The notes under the pieces are model-generated. The model made no database searches. It saw only the letters and a program-made list of their open reading frames with translations, and had not been told where the DNA came from. Shown here in pieces: positions 30,837 through 41,132 of a DNA stretch of 64,000 nt. The DNA is taken from the IMG/VR virus record IMGVR_UViG_3300026484_000007, positions 62,001 through 126,000 of that record. One strand, given 5' to 3'. Position numbers and translations under genes: made by a program. Position 1 is the first letter of the stretch; every line of letters begins with the position of its first letter.

Positions 30837-31973
30837 TTACATGCTACAAAAAAAACGTTCTTCTGAAGAATCGTTTTTAGCTTCAGTAATTTCTTTACTA
30901 CCTTCTTCATCTTCTACGATTTCTTCTTTCCACTCGAAACCTTTTTTGATTTCATTTTTTTTCTTTTTCGATAATTGATTGTAATCAAATTCGAAAAGCT
31001 CTTCTCCATTTTCAGCATTATAAATTTTTTCTGGGTTAGAGAAAAGTTCGATCAGCTTGTAAGTTGCTACCCATAAGTTTAGTAGCAATACTGGTGTGTC
31101 GATAGAGCCGTATGTCTCAACAACTCCTTCTGAAATGTTTGGACATTTTGTGATTCTTATAGAATTTCCACTATGTCCAACCATAATAAAATTTGCTCCT
31201 TTTTCTGCTAGATATTTTCTAGTAGAAAAATCTGGTGCTCCAATGAAAATAGTATCAGGATTATTTTCGATGATTTTATCGATTTCATCTTTGCTCAGAT
31301 AATCCCTCACTAATGTCGTGGAATCTGAAAGATCAAATTCTTTATCAATTGTATCTAATTTAGATACAACATTCCCACGTGTTTGGAATCTACTGAATGC
31401 TTTATGCATTACTTGTTTCCCAACACGAAAAATATTTGTCAAAGCCCAATTATCTTTCTCATAAATAGAAAGATTTTTAAATAGTGGTCTTGCGTCGAAT
31501 ACGTCTTGTAGAATAGTTAAATTCCATAAAATGTTACTCATTGCCCCACCGAATCCGATCATTACAATTTCCAGATCTTTTGCGGGAATACTTTTTGAAC
31601 CACTTGCTTTAAAATAATTTTTCAATACCGAACTCGCAAATGGCAAGTCTTTAAAATAAGTTTTTGAAATTCCTGCTCCAGTCATGTAGTTAGTAAATCC
31701 ATCTGTTAAAAGATAAGATGGATAAAGTTCATCTGAACTTAAATCTTGATTGCAAACATCAGCTATTCCTGGATTTAGGAATGCTAAATTAGGATTAAAA
31801 ACAATTCCGTTTTTTTGAAGAACTTTTTTAACCTCATCTGGATCATTACTATCTAAATCAAATATTCTATGAATAAAAACATTATCTGATCCTAATTCAC
31901 TCTTTTCTGAAAATCTGTGTCTAATTTCTTCTTGTAGATATTCCACGAAACTTCTGTTAATTGTCTCTGCCAT
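30837..31973 (-). CDS. ThiF/MoeB/E1-like adenylyltransferase
   Basis: VMIGFGGAMS (GxGG), IYEKDNWALTNIFR (D..SNLxR equivalent), SKL, IFIGAPDFSTR (D..R). Confidence 0.8.
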   Translation of the reverse strand: MAETINRSFVEYLQEEIRHRFSEKSELGSDNVFIHRIFDLDSNDPDEVKKVLQKNGIVFNPNLAFLNPGIADVCNQDLSSDELYPSYLLTDGFTNYMTGAGISKTYFKDLPFASSVLKNYFKASGSKSIPAKDLEIVMIGFGGAMSNILWNLTILQDVFDARPLFKNLSIYEKDNWALTNIFRVGKQVMHKAFSRFQTRGNVVSKLDTIDKEFDLSDSTTLVRDYLSKDEIDKIIENNPDTIFIGAPDFSTRKYLAEKGANFIMVGHSGNSIRITKCPNISEGVVETYGSIDTPVLLLNLWVATYKLIELFSNPEKIYNAENGEELFEFDYNQLSKKKKNEIKKGFEWKEEIVEDEEGSKEITEAKNDSSEERFFCSM

Positions 31974-32060
31974 AATTTCTCCTTGTTTTTTTAATTTTTT
32001 TATTTTTTTCCTTGGTATTTATAATGCGCCCCAAAGATAAGCTAAAGCTTGGCGCATGCA
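31974..32060 (-). promoter_or_regulatory. Shared leader C
   Basis: Identical to leader B. Confidence 0.8.
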
Positions 32061-32094
32061 ATATATGCAAAATAAAAAGAATAAAAACCCAAAT

Positions 32095-32667
32095 TTAAAT
32101 TCTTAATTTTTTGGGTTTTTTCTTGTTTTCTTCTAATTTTTTATTAATATTCATTTCCGATAAATCGAAATGGACTCTTGTTTTGTCCAAATCGATTATT
32201 TCCGATCGAAATTCTGCGAGAATTTCGATCGGATCATATTCATTATTATTAAAATATAGCGAGTTAATTTGTCTACTCAGTTCCCCGCTATATTTTATAC
32301 CGTACAACACCCATAAACAGGCGCACGCGATTACCTCAATATCGCGTCCGTTACGGTCGACTAAATCGATACGGTATTCCGTATCGATCGCTCTTCTATG
32401 TCTTTTCCCGTTTTTATCGATTACGTAATTATATAACGTAATCTTTTTTAAAACATTTTTTTCAGAAGGATGCCACCAATAATTGATATATCCTTCTCTT
32501 TTTCCTAATTCCATAATAGCTAGAAAATCAATTTTGAAAAAAAGCGGATCATGAAATTTATTTGCAAGATCTACTATCAGATCTTTATATAATTCTTTCC
32601 ACTTTTTCCATAATTCAAAATTACTTTTTAATTGTGATTTAAATGATTTTCTATTTCTTCTTGTCAT
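32095..32667 (-). CDS. Hypothetical basic protein
   Basis: AAGGAGG RBS; locally CG-richer sequence. Confidence 0.65.
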   Translation of the reverse strand: MTRRNRKSFKSQLKSNFELWKKWKELYKDLIVDLANKFHDPLFFKIDFLAIMELGKREGYINYWWHPSEKNVLKKITLYNYVIDKNGKRHRRAIDTEYRIDLVDRNGRDIEVIACACLWVLYGIKYSGELSRQINSLYFNNNEYDPIEILAEFRSEIIDLDKTRVHFDLSEMNINKKLEENKKKPKKLRI

Positions 32668-32704
32668 TTTTTCTCCTCCTTAAATTTTTACAATTTCGGG
32701 GAAT

Positions 32705-32880
32705 AAAAAAACACGAGATCTTCCATTCCCTCTGCTATTAAAATATCAATCTTTAATATACGAGTTCTAAACTTTAGAACTCGTATATATCGCTTGTATC
32801 GAAAATAGATGCTACTTAAAAAATCAAGTTTTTTACAGTTTTTTCTAACGACAAAAAAACCCTCGCTATAAAAGCGAGGT
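32705..32880. repeat. Dispersed palindrome copy plus hairpin-T7-GTCGTTAG terminator of the topoisomerase operon
   Basis: atatacgagttctaaactttagaactcgtatat core; cctcgctataaaagcgagg hairpin. Confidence 0.85.
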
Positions 32881-32892
32881 ATTATTTTGGTA

Positions 32893-34296
32893 TTATTTTT
32901 TAGGTAATTTTAAAAAAACTTGTCTTAAATGTCTTAATTCATCTAACCAGATTTCGCGAGGATCTTGTTTTTCAACCTCTTGATATTTCTGTTTAAGTTC
33001 TTTAATTTTTTCATTAAATTCTTGAATTTTTTCGGTAGTTAATGACCATAAAGGCATACTTAATAAATAATCGTATTTATCATTAATTTTATAAAAATCG
33101 AACTTTTTCAATTGATTTTCAATGTTAGATTTTTTACGTTTTTCTATGATAATTTCTTTTTTAAAGATTTTTTCTAAGAATTTAATTTTATTTTCTGTAA
33201 TTATAATATCATATTTTATTTGATCAAGAATAAATAGTTTTCTTTTATGATAAAGAGTTAATCTTTCAATAATCCAATCTTTTAGATACTCTGCTAATGT
33301 ATCATATTCTAAAATAGTCTTATTTTCATAAGAATATTTAAGAAAAGTCAGAGTTTCAGAATCTTTTGTAATTAATTTAAATAATTTTAATAATTCTTCT
33401 TCTGATTTTTCATAGATCTCTATTGGAACCTTAATTTCAAAATAAAATGAATTCTTTACGCAATTGTCCGACCAATCAACTACAATATTTTTATCTTCTA
33501 ACTCAGATATAATATTAACCATTTTTTCTCTATCGTATCCAGGTGGAACTTCATTAATAATTATAGTTCCATAACGTTTAGTGGATTTGCTTTTTTCAAG
33601 ATTTCCATAGAAAATAAATTGTTTATCATTTTCTCCACGTTCGATTTTTCCATTATAATATGGAAATTTTACTGGAATATATTTTGGAATTTTCTTAATT
33701 TTTCTTTCAAGAATTCCAATTAAAAGATCAATAATAAAATTTGGGTCTCTTGGTAAAATACTTGCACTATAACCTACCGCAATTCCATTAAAACCATTAA
33801 TTATACTTAATGGAATTATAGGCATTAAATACAATGGTTCAATTTTCTTTCCTTCAAGATATTGCTCTTCGTAAATATTTTCATCAATTTTCGGAAAAAT
33901 TAATTTAGCGATATCACTAAATTTTCCACTTGTATATCTTGGACTACTCGCCGCTTGATTGGTTCTATATCCAAATGAACCTTTTGGCTCAATTAAGTTA
34001 ATATTGTTTTTATAATCAGCTGCTAATGTTTCAAAAACGTTATATGTAGATTTATCTCCATGCAAATAATTAGTCTGATTATACACCAATGAATAAATCT
34101 CCGCTGTCTTAATTTTTTTATTCGGGATCTTGGAAAGAACGTATAATTCTTTCCTTGCCGTTTGACTTAAAGTATCATGAAAACTAGGCATCTGTTGAAT
34201 TAATTTATAAACAGAATAACTTAAATATTCTTTATCTGCAAATTCTTTTACATTGTATTCTTTAGCCATAAAATTCTCCTTATTTTTATACCGCAT
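32893..34296 (-). CDS. Type II DNA topoisomerase, GyrA/ParC-like subunit (T4 gp52-like)
   Basis: YLHGD, PKGSFG, SPRYT catalytic Tyr, NGFNGIAVGYS, YLLSMPLWSLT. Confidence 0.92.
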   Translation of the reverse strand: MRYKNKENFMAKEYNVKEFADKEYLSYSVYKLIQQMPSFHDTLSQTARKELYVLSKIPNKKIKTAEIYSLVYNQTNYLHGDKSTYNVFETLAADYKNNINLIEPKGSFGYRTNQAASSPRYTSGKFSDIAKLIFPKIDENIYEEQYLEGKKIEPLYLMPIIPLSIINGFNGIAVGYSASILPRDPNFIIDLLIGILERKIKKIPKYIPVKFPYYNGKIERGENDKQFIFYGNLEKSKSTKRYGTIIINEVPPGYDREKMVNIISELEDKNIVVDWSDNCVKNSFYFEIKVPIEIYEKSEEELLKLFKLITKDSETLTFLKYSYENKTILEYDTLAEYLKDWIIERLTLYHKRKLFILDQIKYDIIITENKIKFLEKIFKKEIIIEKRKKSNIENQLKKFDFYKINDKYDYLLSMPLWSLTTEKIQEFNEKIKELKQKYQEVEKQDPREIWLDELRHLRQVFLKLPKK

Positions 34297-36190
34297 TTAT
34301 ATCGAATAATTCGATGTTTTTCTTAATTATATTTTTACGGTATTCTCTATCTTCTTGCATCCAAGCTAATAAAGTTTTTTCATCTTCTTCCGTAAATTTA
34401 AATGTTAATAAAAGATCTTCGAAAGAATATCTTTTGAACATCTCTTCCCATTCTTCTTCAGTTAAAGAACCTAAACCTTTTTTATAATCAAATACACAGC
34501 CTTTTGCTTCTTCAGATTTTTCAAATTCTTTTAATTCTTGAAAATCAAAAATCATTTTATCAATTTTATCATTTTTATATATAACTACAATCGGTGTTCT
34601 AAAACTATGAATTTTGCCAGTTTTAAGATACGTTTGAGCAGTCATATAAAAATAAGAAACAAGTAAAATATTAATATGGAATCCATCGAAGTCAGCGTCC
34701 GCACCGATAACGATATTTTCATATTCTAATTTTTCTTGATTACCACTAAAATCAATTCCAAGAATTTTAGCAATTTCCATTAATTCTTTATCGGTTTTTA
34801 ATTTTTTAGGATCTTTTAATACATTACTTGTCTTTCCTTTAATAGGATAGAATCCATAAAAATCTCTACCTACACCATTTATAATACTTCCTATCGCAGA
34901 ATCTCCTTCTGAAATGATAAAGTATTTTTTCTGTTTTCCAGCTTTCCAATATTTTACTGGAGTTTTAATTTTCTTTAAAGTTTTATCAATTTCTTTTTTA
35001 TCCTGAACCATTTCTTTAGCTTTATAAAAGTCAATAATCGGTCCAGTAATTGATTTGTCTTTATAGATTTTATCAATAAATCTACTTTTAGCAATTTCTA
35101 AAACTTCATTAGCAATTTCTGGAAATTTAGATGGAGTATTTGTTGTCGCTGTTTTCATTTGAGAAGTAAATCTCGGATTTGGAATATTTCTATAAACGAC
35201 AATTAAAAATATTTTATTTCTGACATCAGCAAATTTAATATTTTTATAACGTTTTTGTAATTTTTCGGTTACTGGTATTAATATACGTCTTTCAACGTAT
35301 TCTAATGTGCTTCCACCTTCATAAGCATTTACTCCATTTACAAAATGGATAAAGTTATAAGTATCTGAACCACCAACTGCAATACTAACATTATCTGATT
35401 CAATTATATTTAATTTTCCATCAAAGAATAATTTATTCACTGAATTAAGATTATTTATTTTAATAACTTTTCCATTAAATTTAAATTGAATTTCTGGATA
35501 AGTAACACTTAAAAAAATTAAATCAAAATAGATTAAATCTTTATAAATTTCATCAATTTTATCTAATTTGAATCTTTCGAGATCTGGATAAAATGTTACT
35601 TTTGTCCCCATTTTTTTCTTTGAATCAGTAACTTTGTAATCAACATCTTGCATATTATTTTTACAAGTTACCTTAAAGAATTTATTTCCATCATCGGTTT
35701 CTCCAATAAATTTTTTACTAAAAATAGTAGCTAATGAAGATCCAACTCCATTCTGACCAATACTTGTATTCGAAGTATTACTATCGTCAAAATTACTTCC
35801 AGCTTTTAAATTGGTCCAAGCCATTAAAGGCATTAAACTATCAGGAATTTCATTTCCTTGACTATCATAAGCTGGTTTAATAGGTATTCCTCTACCATTA
35901 TCTTCAACGACAAATTTTTCATCATCAATGATTATACTAATTTTATTAGCATAATTCCCTTGAGTTCTTAAGTATTCATCAATACTATTATCTAGCAATT
36001 CTCTCATTAATTTTAAAAGACCAGGAATGTATTCGATTTCATCAATAACTATTTTTTGATGATCTTCAGAAGATACGATAATAGGTCTTTTAATTTTTTG
36101 AGGAGTTATAGCTCCGATATACATTGGAGCTCTTAAGAGAGCATGTTCAATATCATTTAATTTAATGATTTTATTTTCTTGCATTTTCAT
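34286..36190 (-). CDS. Type II DNA topoisomerase, GyrB/ParE-like subunit (gp39+60-like)
   Basis: ELLDNSIDE, EDNGRGIP, GQNGVG, SEGDSA, PIKGK, DADFDGFHI, KGLGS. Confidence 0.93.
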   Translation of the reverse strand: MKMQENKIIKLNDIEHALLRAPMYIGAITPQKIKRPIIVSSEDHQKIVIDEIEYIPGLLKLMRELLDNSIDEYLRTQGNYANKISIIIDDEKFVVEDNGRGIPIKPAYDSQGNEIPDSLMPLMAWTNLKAGSNFDDSNTSNTSIGQNGVGSSLATIFSKKFIGETDDGNKFFKVTCKNNMQDVDYKVTDSKKKMGTKVTFYPDLERFKLDKIDEIYKDLIYFDLIFLSVTYPEIQFKFNGKVIKINNLNSVNKLFFDGKLNIIESDNVSIAVGGSDTYNFIHFVNGVNAYEGGSTLEYVERRILIPVTEKLQKRYKNIKFADVRNKIFLIVVYRNIPNPRFTSQMKTATTNTPSKFPEIANEVLEIAKSRFIDKIYKDKSITGPIIDFYKAKEMVQDKKEIDKTLKKIKTPVKYWKAGKQKKYFIISEGDSAIGSIINGVGRDFYGFYPIKGKTSNVLKDPKKLKTDKELMEIAKILGIDFSGNQEKLEYENIVIGADADFDGFHINILLVSYFYMTAQTYLKTGKIHSFRTPIVVIYKNDKIDKMIFDFQELKEFEKSEEAKGCVFDYKKGLGSLTEEEWEEMFKRYSFEDLLLTFKFTEEDEKTLLAWMQEDREYRKNIIKKNIELFDINAV

Positions 36191-36471
36191 TCTTTATCCT
36201 TTAAAAATGATTGTAATCTTTTTAATCTATTTTTCTTTTTAATTAATTTTTCATAAATATTATTAATTAAAGGAATATTTTGAGCTTCTTTTTCAAATAC
36301 CTCCTTATAAAAATTTTTTTGTAAAAGATCAATGTCAATTTTTATATTCTCAATGAGATCTTTTAAAGATACATTATGAAGTTTTAAGTATTCATCTATT
36401 GTAATTCCATATATATCATCTGTGTTTTGGATTGATATGTCCGGCGTTTTAATTAAATCATCTTTTATCAT
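36187..36471 (-). CDS. Hypothetical protein
   Basis: Translationally coupled 94-aa ORF. Confidence 0.55.
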   Translation of the reverse strand: MIKDDLIKTPDISIQNTDDIYGITIDEYLKLHNVSLKDLIENIKIDIDLLQKNFYKEVFEKEAQNIPLINNIYEKLIKKKNRLKRLQSFLKDKE

Positions 36472-36989
36472 TTTATCTCCTTTTTTAAAAACTCACTTGA
36501 ACCTAAAATTAATTTTTTTAATAAATTAACTGGATCAATATCTTTAGCTTCTATATATTTTAACTTATCAAATTCTTTTTCTAAAAAAGATAAATTAAAA
36601 TCATCCACAATTAATCCATATTCAATTTTATTATTTTTCATAAAATTTCTTATGGCTTTTTCTCTATTATTGATTTCGTCAATGTAATTAATATTCAATT
36701 TTTTTACTATTTCAAATAATTCTTTAATTTCATCTTCGATCGAATCTTTTATAGATTCTTTTAAGTACAACTTGTTGTTTTTTAATTCAAGAATACAAGA
36801 CCAAGAACTTGTAAGATAAATCTCAAAGCCTAAAAGATCACAGAATCTATTAAGAATTTCTACGTTTTGAGAAGTTTCTTTTTTTATAGATTCTAAATCA
36901 TATCCATACGATTTTCTATAATTTCCCCAAGGAATAATACAATCATCTAGATCCAAAAAAAGGATCTTTTTTAGATCTTTTTTAATCAT
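36468..36989 (-). CDS. HAD-superfamily (HAD_SAK-like) phosphatase
   Basis: LFLDLDDCI, LTSSW, LIVDD motifs. Confidence 0.72.
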   Translation of the reverse strand: MIKKDLKKILFLDLDDCIIPWGNYRKSYGYDLESIKKETSQNVEILNRFCDLLGFEIYLTSSWSCILELKNNKLYLKESIKDSIEDEIKELFEIVKKLNINYIDEINNREKAIRNFMKNNKIEYGLIVDDFNLSFLEKEFDKLKYIEAKDIDPVNLLKKLILGSSEFLKKEIK

Positions 36990-39742
36990 TAGAATCCTTC
37001 CCAGAAAGACATTAGGCTTTTCGTATGTTTTTCTTTCACTAAATCAAAATTATTTAGTACTCTAAAAAAGATTTTTTCTTTTAAGTCTTTTAAAATTTCT
37101 TGAATTATTTTTTCGTGCTTCGGTTTTACTAAGGAATTTTGAATTCCTCTTATTTGAATCATATGAATAAATCTTTCAATATTATTAGGATCGTTTTCAA
37201 TAGTATTATTTTCTTTTAACTCCTTGAATTTTTCAAAATTATTTAAAGCGAATTCCACAGTATATTTTAAATCTCTATCATTTGGATCTTCAATCTGGAA
37301 AATAAATGATGATAGATTTCGAACTTGTGTTGAGTATCCTCCAACGCAATGTTTCATAATTAATCCAATTCTTGATAATTCATTAGAAGTGTGTAGTTCA
37401 TAAACATCAATATTTTTATATTTATAATCTATCTTTTCATAAGGAATTAATGGTTCGCTGTTCTTTTTATATTCTTTAACCAGTTTTTCGATTATTGGAT
37501 CAATTAATTTTTCCATAAGATCCTCCATAGTATCAACTCTTGCTGTTACCAATGTCGAATGACCTGCTTTTCCAACTACAATTATATCATTAAATTTAAT
37601 CAATAAATCATTAATAAATTTAGGAATTTTTAATAATTGAGTTTTGATGCCTTCTTTACTTTCTCTTCTTGAAAATTTAAGTTTTTCATTTTTATGGAGT
37701 TCAGTAAATTCTTTTTTTATTCTATTTTCAAGAATACTATTAAAAAGAATAATTAAATCTATGTACTTTTCTTTTTTATATGCAGAATTATATGCATGAT
37801 ATAATTCACTATGATAATAAATTAAATTTAGAAAAGTATAGGTATCTTTCGAGTTTAATTTTAATAAATAAGGCTCAGAAATTAACATATCTAATACAAA
37901 ATATTTATTAAAATCTGGATTCATTTTCATAATTGTATTGAAATAATTAAGAATTTTCTTCTGCCCTTTTCTTAGAAATTCTTCTTCTAATTTAGATAAT
38001 CTAAAAGCAGAAGATGGGATTCCAAAATTTCCTTCAAAAAGAAATTCTTTTAGAGTTTCATTTTCTTTAAGCGACTCAATATTATTAAATAAATCATCTA
38101 ACTCTGAGTCAATATTTTTGCCTTGAAATTCTGCTTTAATTTTTTCAGTTAATTCAATACCAGAATTAAAAACAGTATCAACTGTTTGTAATAATGTATT
38201 TAAAAGATAGAATTTTTCTGGATTTTTCTTATAATCGATAAAATCAATATTATTTTTTTTCATATAATCCTGAATAGTTTTTCTTTTCGGGACTAATGAA
38301 TTTTTTTGAAGTTTAAAAAATGTTTCATCTTTCACATCTTGAAGATAATCCATTTTTTTCAAAAGCTCAGAGCTTCTCAATGAAACTCCTAAATCTTCTT
38401 TTAATAAATTCAAATCACGTAATAATTTTTCAAAGTATGAATTGACTTTGGTTTTTAATTTATCAGGAACTTTTGAATCAACGTATTTTTGAATTTTTTG
38501 AATTCTATTAAAAATTTCTTCATAGTAAATCGACATGATATAAAGCAATCTTAAATTTTTATACTTATCAGTATAAAATCTTTCATCTTTTCTTGATAAA
38601 TTCTTTTTAAATTCACTTATACCATCATTAATGAAATTACCAAATGGAGGCAGTGAAACTGCGGGTTTTGGAAAATCAATATATCTAGTTTTTACTTCTG
38701 GTAAAGTAATATGGAATTTTTCCATTCTTCTTTCATGTCTAAAGACAGTTCCGTAATTAAAATTTCTCATTTTAGATTCTAATTGATTAGATCTTAGCCA
38801 TTCAAGATAATCTTCATGAATTACAATTCTATAATATTTTAGTCCGTTTTCTGGTGTAAATAGAATTCCTATTTTTCCATTATTAAAATCGAAAGCATCT
38901 AAAACTTCTTGAGCATACATTTCGAATCTTGAAAGATTGTCTTTAAAAGATATATTGCTATAGTATCTATCAACAACGTTAATTATATTAACAACTTGAT
39001 TTGAAAAAACTATATCTGTTTTTTCGCTATTGCGAACCTTAACTGATTTTTCTTTGAAATCTGTTCGATATTGTGTATAAACGACATTTTCGAACATATT
39101 GTCATTCTCATCATCTCTGATAAATTCATGTTCTAAATTTAATAAAAATACATCGATATCTTCTGGACTTGAATTATATCTATTTAAAAAACTTTGGATT
39201 ATTGCATCAGGAAAAGATCCTGCTAATAAAGCAATTGGTTGAGTAATAAAATTTCTAAGAATTTTTGGACTAAAATTTTTTTTCAAATTCTTTTTTATAA
39301 GGTCAATGAAAAAAGTATCATAAAATTCTGATAAAGTATAAATTTTATCTTTATCAAAACTTTCATAATTTTCTTTTAATGTTTTCATAAAAAACACTTG
39401 AGGGTTAATATTATGAGGAAATGCATATAAATCATTGATTTCATAAATAATTTGATGTATAGTTGGATCAAAATATATCTCAAAAGCGTTATGAATTAAC
39501 GCTAATAAATTACTGTATTCGTCTAAATATTTTTTCTTAGATTCTGATATTTCACAAAATATTTTATCATGATTGACTTTAAATGTATTACCAATTTCAT
39601 TTTTTACTATCAATTTTGATACTTCATCTGGGCGAATTAATTTTGCATCTAATTCATTTAATTTTCCTTGAAATTTTGCAGGTACTAATAACTCATCTCT
39701 ATCTTGATTAATTATTTCGCTAAGTGATTTAATTCTTTTCAT
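36989..39742 (-). CDS. Large protein with C-terminal PcfJ-like domain
   Basis: EL..IG..MKHCVGGY, YTVE, QIRG..N. Confidence 0.7.
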   Translation of the reverse strand: MKRIKSLSEIINQDRDELLVPAKFQGKLNELDAKLIRPDEVSKLIVKNEIGNTFKVNHDKIFCEISESKKKYLDEYSNLLALIHNAFEIYFDPTIHQIIYEINDLYAFPHNINPQVFFMKTLKENYESFDKDKIYTLSEFYDTFFIDLIKKNLKKNFSPKILRNFITQPIALLAGSFPDAIIQSFLNRYNSSPEDIDVFLLNLEHEFIRDDENDNMFENVVYTQYRTDFKEKSVKVRNSEKTDIVFSNQVVNIINVVDRYYSNISFKDNLSRFEMYAQEVLDAFDFNNGKIGILFTPENGLKYYRIVIHEDYLEWLRSNQLESKMRNFNYGTVFRHERRMEKFHITLPEVKTRYIDFPKPAVSLPPFGNFINDGISEFKKNLSRKDERFYTDKYKNLRLLYIMSIYYEEIFNRIQKIQKYVDSKVPDKLKTKVNSYFEKLLRDLNLLKEDLGVSLRSSELLKKMDYLQDVKDETFFKLQKNSLVPKRKTIQDYMKKNNIDFIDYKKNPEKFYLLNTLLQTVDTVFNSGIELTEKIKAEFQGKNIDSELDDLFNNIESLKENETLKEFLFEGNFGIPSSAFRLSKLEEEFLRKGQKKILNYFNTIMKMNPDFNKYFVLDMLISEPYLLKLNSKDTYTFLNLIYYHSELYHAYNSAYKKEKYIDLIILFNSILENRIKKEFTELHKNEKLKFSRRESKEGIKTQLLKIPKFINDLLIKFNDIIVVGKAGHSTLVTARVDTMEDLMEKLIDPIIEKLVKEYKKNSEPLIPYEKIDYKYKNIDVYELHTSNELSRIGLIMKHCVGGYSTQVRNLSSFIFQIEDPNDRDLKYTVEFALNNFEKFKELKENNTIENDPNNIERFIHMIQIRGIQNSLVKPKHEKIIQEILKDLKEKIFFRVLNNFDLVKEKHTKSLMSFWEGF

Positions 39743-39775
39743 TCTCTCTCCTTAAATTTTTAAATTTTTTTCTTT

Positions 39776-39942
39776 GAAAAACTCGTGATCCTAAAACGTT
39801 GCGCTTCATTAGATACACAAAGATATATAGCAGTTCTAAAAATTTTAGAACTGCTTTTATATCGCTTGTATCTAAAAAAGATGCTACGTAGAAAATCAAG
39901 TTTTTTCTAGTGACAAAAAAACTCTCGCGCTCGCGAGAGTTT
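39776..39942. repeat. Dispersed palindrome copy plus hairpin-T7-GTCACTAG terminator
   Basis: Full arms gaaaaact..agcagttctaaaa/ttttagaactgct..agttttttc; actctcgcgctcgcgagagt hairpin. Confidence 0.9.
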
Positions 39943-39952
39943 AAATTTCATT

Positions 39953-40213
39953 TTAAATTTCATTTAGTAAAGTATTTAATTCTTCTTCTTTTTCTTTAAT
40001 GATCTTTTGAAGATCATCTTCGTTTATCGTTCCGTATTTATCTAAAATATAAGATTCCATTTGTTGAATGTTTTGCTCAAGAACTCCAATGTTAATTTCG
40101 GTTTCTTGAATTTGCTTTTGAAGATTTTCTTTTTCTGCGTTGTATCTATTTAAGATCTCATCTAACTGAGCACTATCTATAGTGTTAGCATTGTTAGTAT
40201 TATCTGGTATCAT
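39953..40213 (-). CDS. Small coiled-coil protein
   Basis: AAGGAGG RBS. Confidence 0.6.
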   Translation of the reverse strand: MIPDNTNNANTIDSAQLDEILNRYNAEKENLQKQIQETEINIGVLEQNIQQMESYILDKYGTINEDDLQKIIKEKEEELNTLLNEI

Positions 40214-40629
40214 GATAGAACCTCCTTAACTAGTTTTGAAGCCATTTTCATATCAACTTCATCGCCAAAATTCTTTTTAAGATATCCCATGATTTGCCCC
40301 ATTTTGGCATCGGGATTATCATTTTTGAATTCAACGATGATATGCATTAATTGAGATTCATTTAAAGTTTTAGGCAAAATATCTTCTCCTAATTCTTTTA
40401 AATAATTTAACTCATTTTCAACATCCATACCATTTTTCTTTGCATCTTCAACTTGCTTAATATATCTTTTTAAACCATCTACTATAAAAAGATCTGGTTC
40501 TGGTTTCTTAGGATTTTTTTCTTTAGCCATTTTTTCAACAGTGTCAATAAGCATCATTAAAACGTTTGCTTTATTTTTATCAGTTCTTTTTAACTTCATC
40601 ATTTCTTTTTTAAGATCAATTAATTTCAT
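40210..40629 (-). CDS. GatB/YqeY domain protein
   Basis: LP..L.E, MGQIMG..K..G..VDMK..S..VK..L. Confidence 0.8.
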   Translation of the reverse strand: MKLIDLKKEMMKLKRTDKNKANVLMMLIDTVEKMAKEKNPKKPEPDLFIVDGLKRYIKQVEDAKKNGMDVENELNYLKELGEDILPKTLNESQLMHIIVEFKNDNPDAKMGQIMGYLKKNFGDEVDMKMASKLVKEVLS

Positions 40630-40643
40630 TTTTTGCTCCTTTG

Positions 40644-40690
40644 TAATTATTTAAAATTATTTAAAATTATTTAAAATTATTTAAAATTAT
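40644..40690. repeat. 10-bp tandem repeat (ttaaaattat) x4-5
   Basis: Read directly; begins at the upstream stop codon. Confidence 0.85.
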
Positions 40691-41100
40691 CCATCGAATC
40701 CAACCCACCAATAAGCGTCACCACCATATTTTTTAATTAAATTATATAATTCCACATCATGTTTATCAAAATCATATAAATCGAAATTATCATAATCGTA
40801 ATCTTTATCATTACAATATAATTCTTCGAGATTGTCTATTCCATTTTTTAAAATAAGAATCTCATCTCCAATTAATGCTTTAGTACTAAGCGAATAGATA
40901 TCATTATCAAATATTACTTTCTTTGCATTTTCATTGTATTTCAAATACCAAGGAAGATTTTTTGGATTTAAGTTTTCTCCCTTATAATATTTTAAATCTC
41001 CTATTTCGCGTTTTTGTCTTTTTAATTCCGATAAATTTATAATTCCTATGATAAAACTCGAACTCGAACTATTGCTCACAAATCCTAATCTAATTTTCAT
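40687..41100 (-). CDS. Hypothetical protein with MKIRLGFVSNSSSSSF N-terminus
   Basis: First 17 aa shared with the neighbouring ORF. Confidence 0.7.
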   Translation of the reverse strand: MKIRLGFVSNSSSSSFIIGIINLSELKRQKREIGDLKYYKGENLNPKNLPWYLKYNENAKKVIFDNDIYSLSTKALIGDEILILKNGIDNLEELYCNDKDYDYDNFDLYDFDKHDVELYNLIKKYGGDAYWWVGFDG

Positions 41101-41132
41101 TTTTTGATCCTTTTTAATTCTTAATAATTAAT

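Noticed and set aside
34660-34705. DADFDG as a second RNAP catalytic motif
   Set aside because: It is the TOPRIM DxDxDG motif of the topoisomerase II subunit
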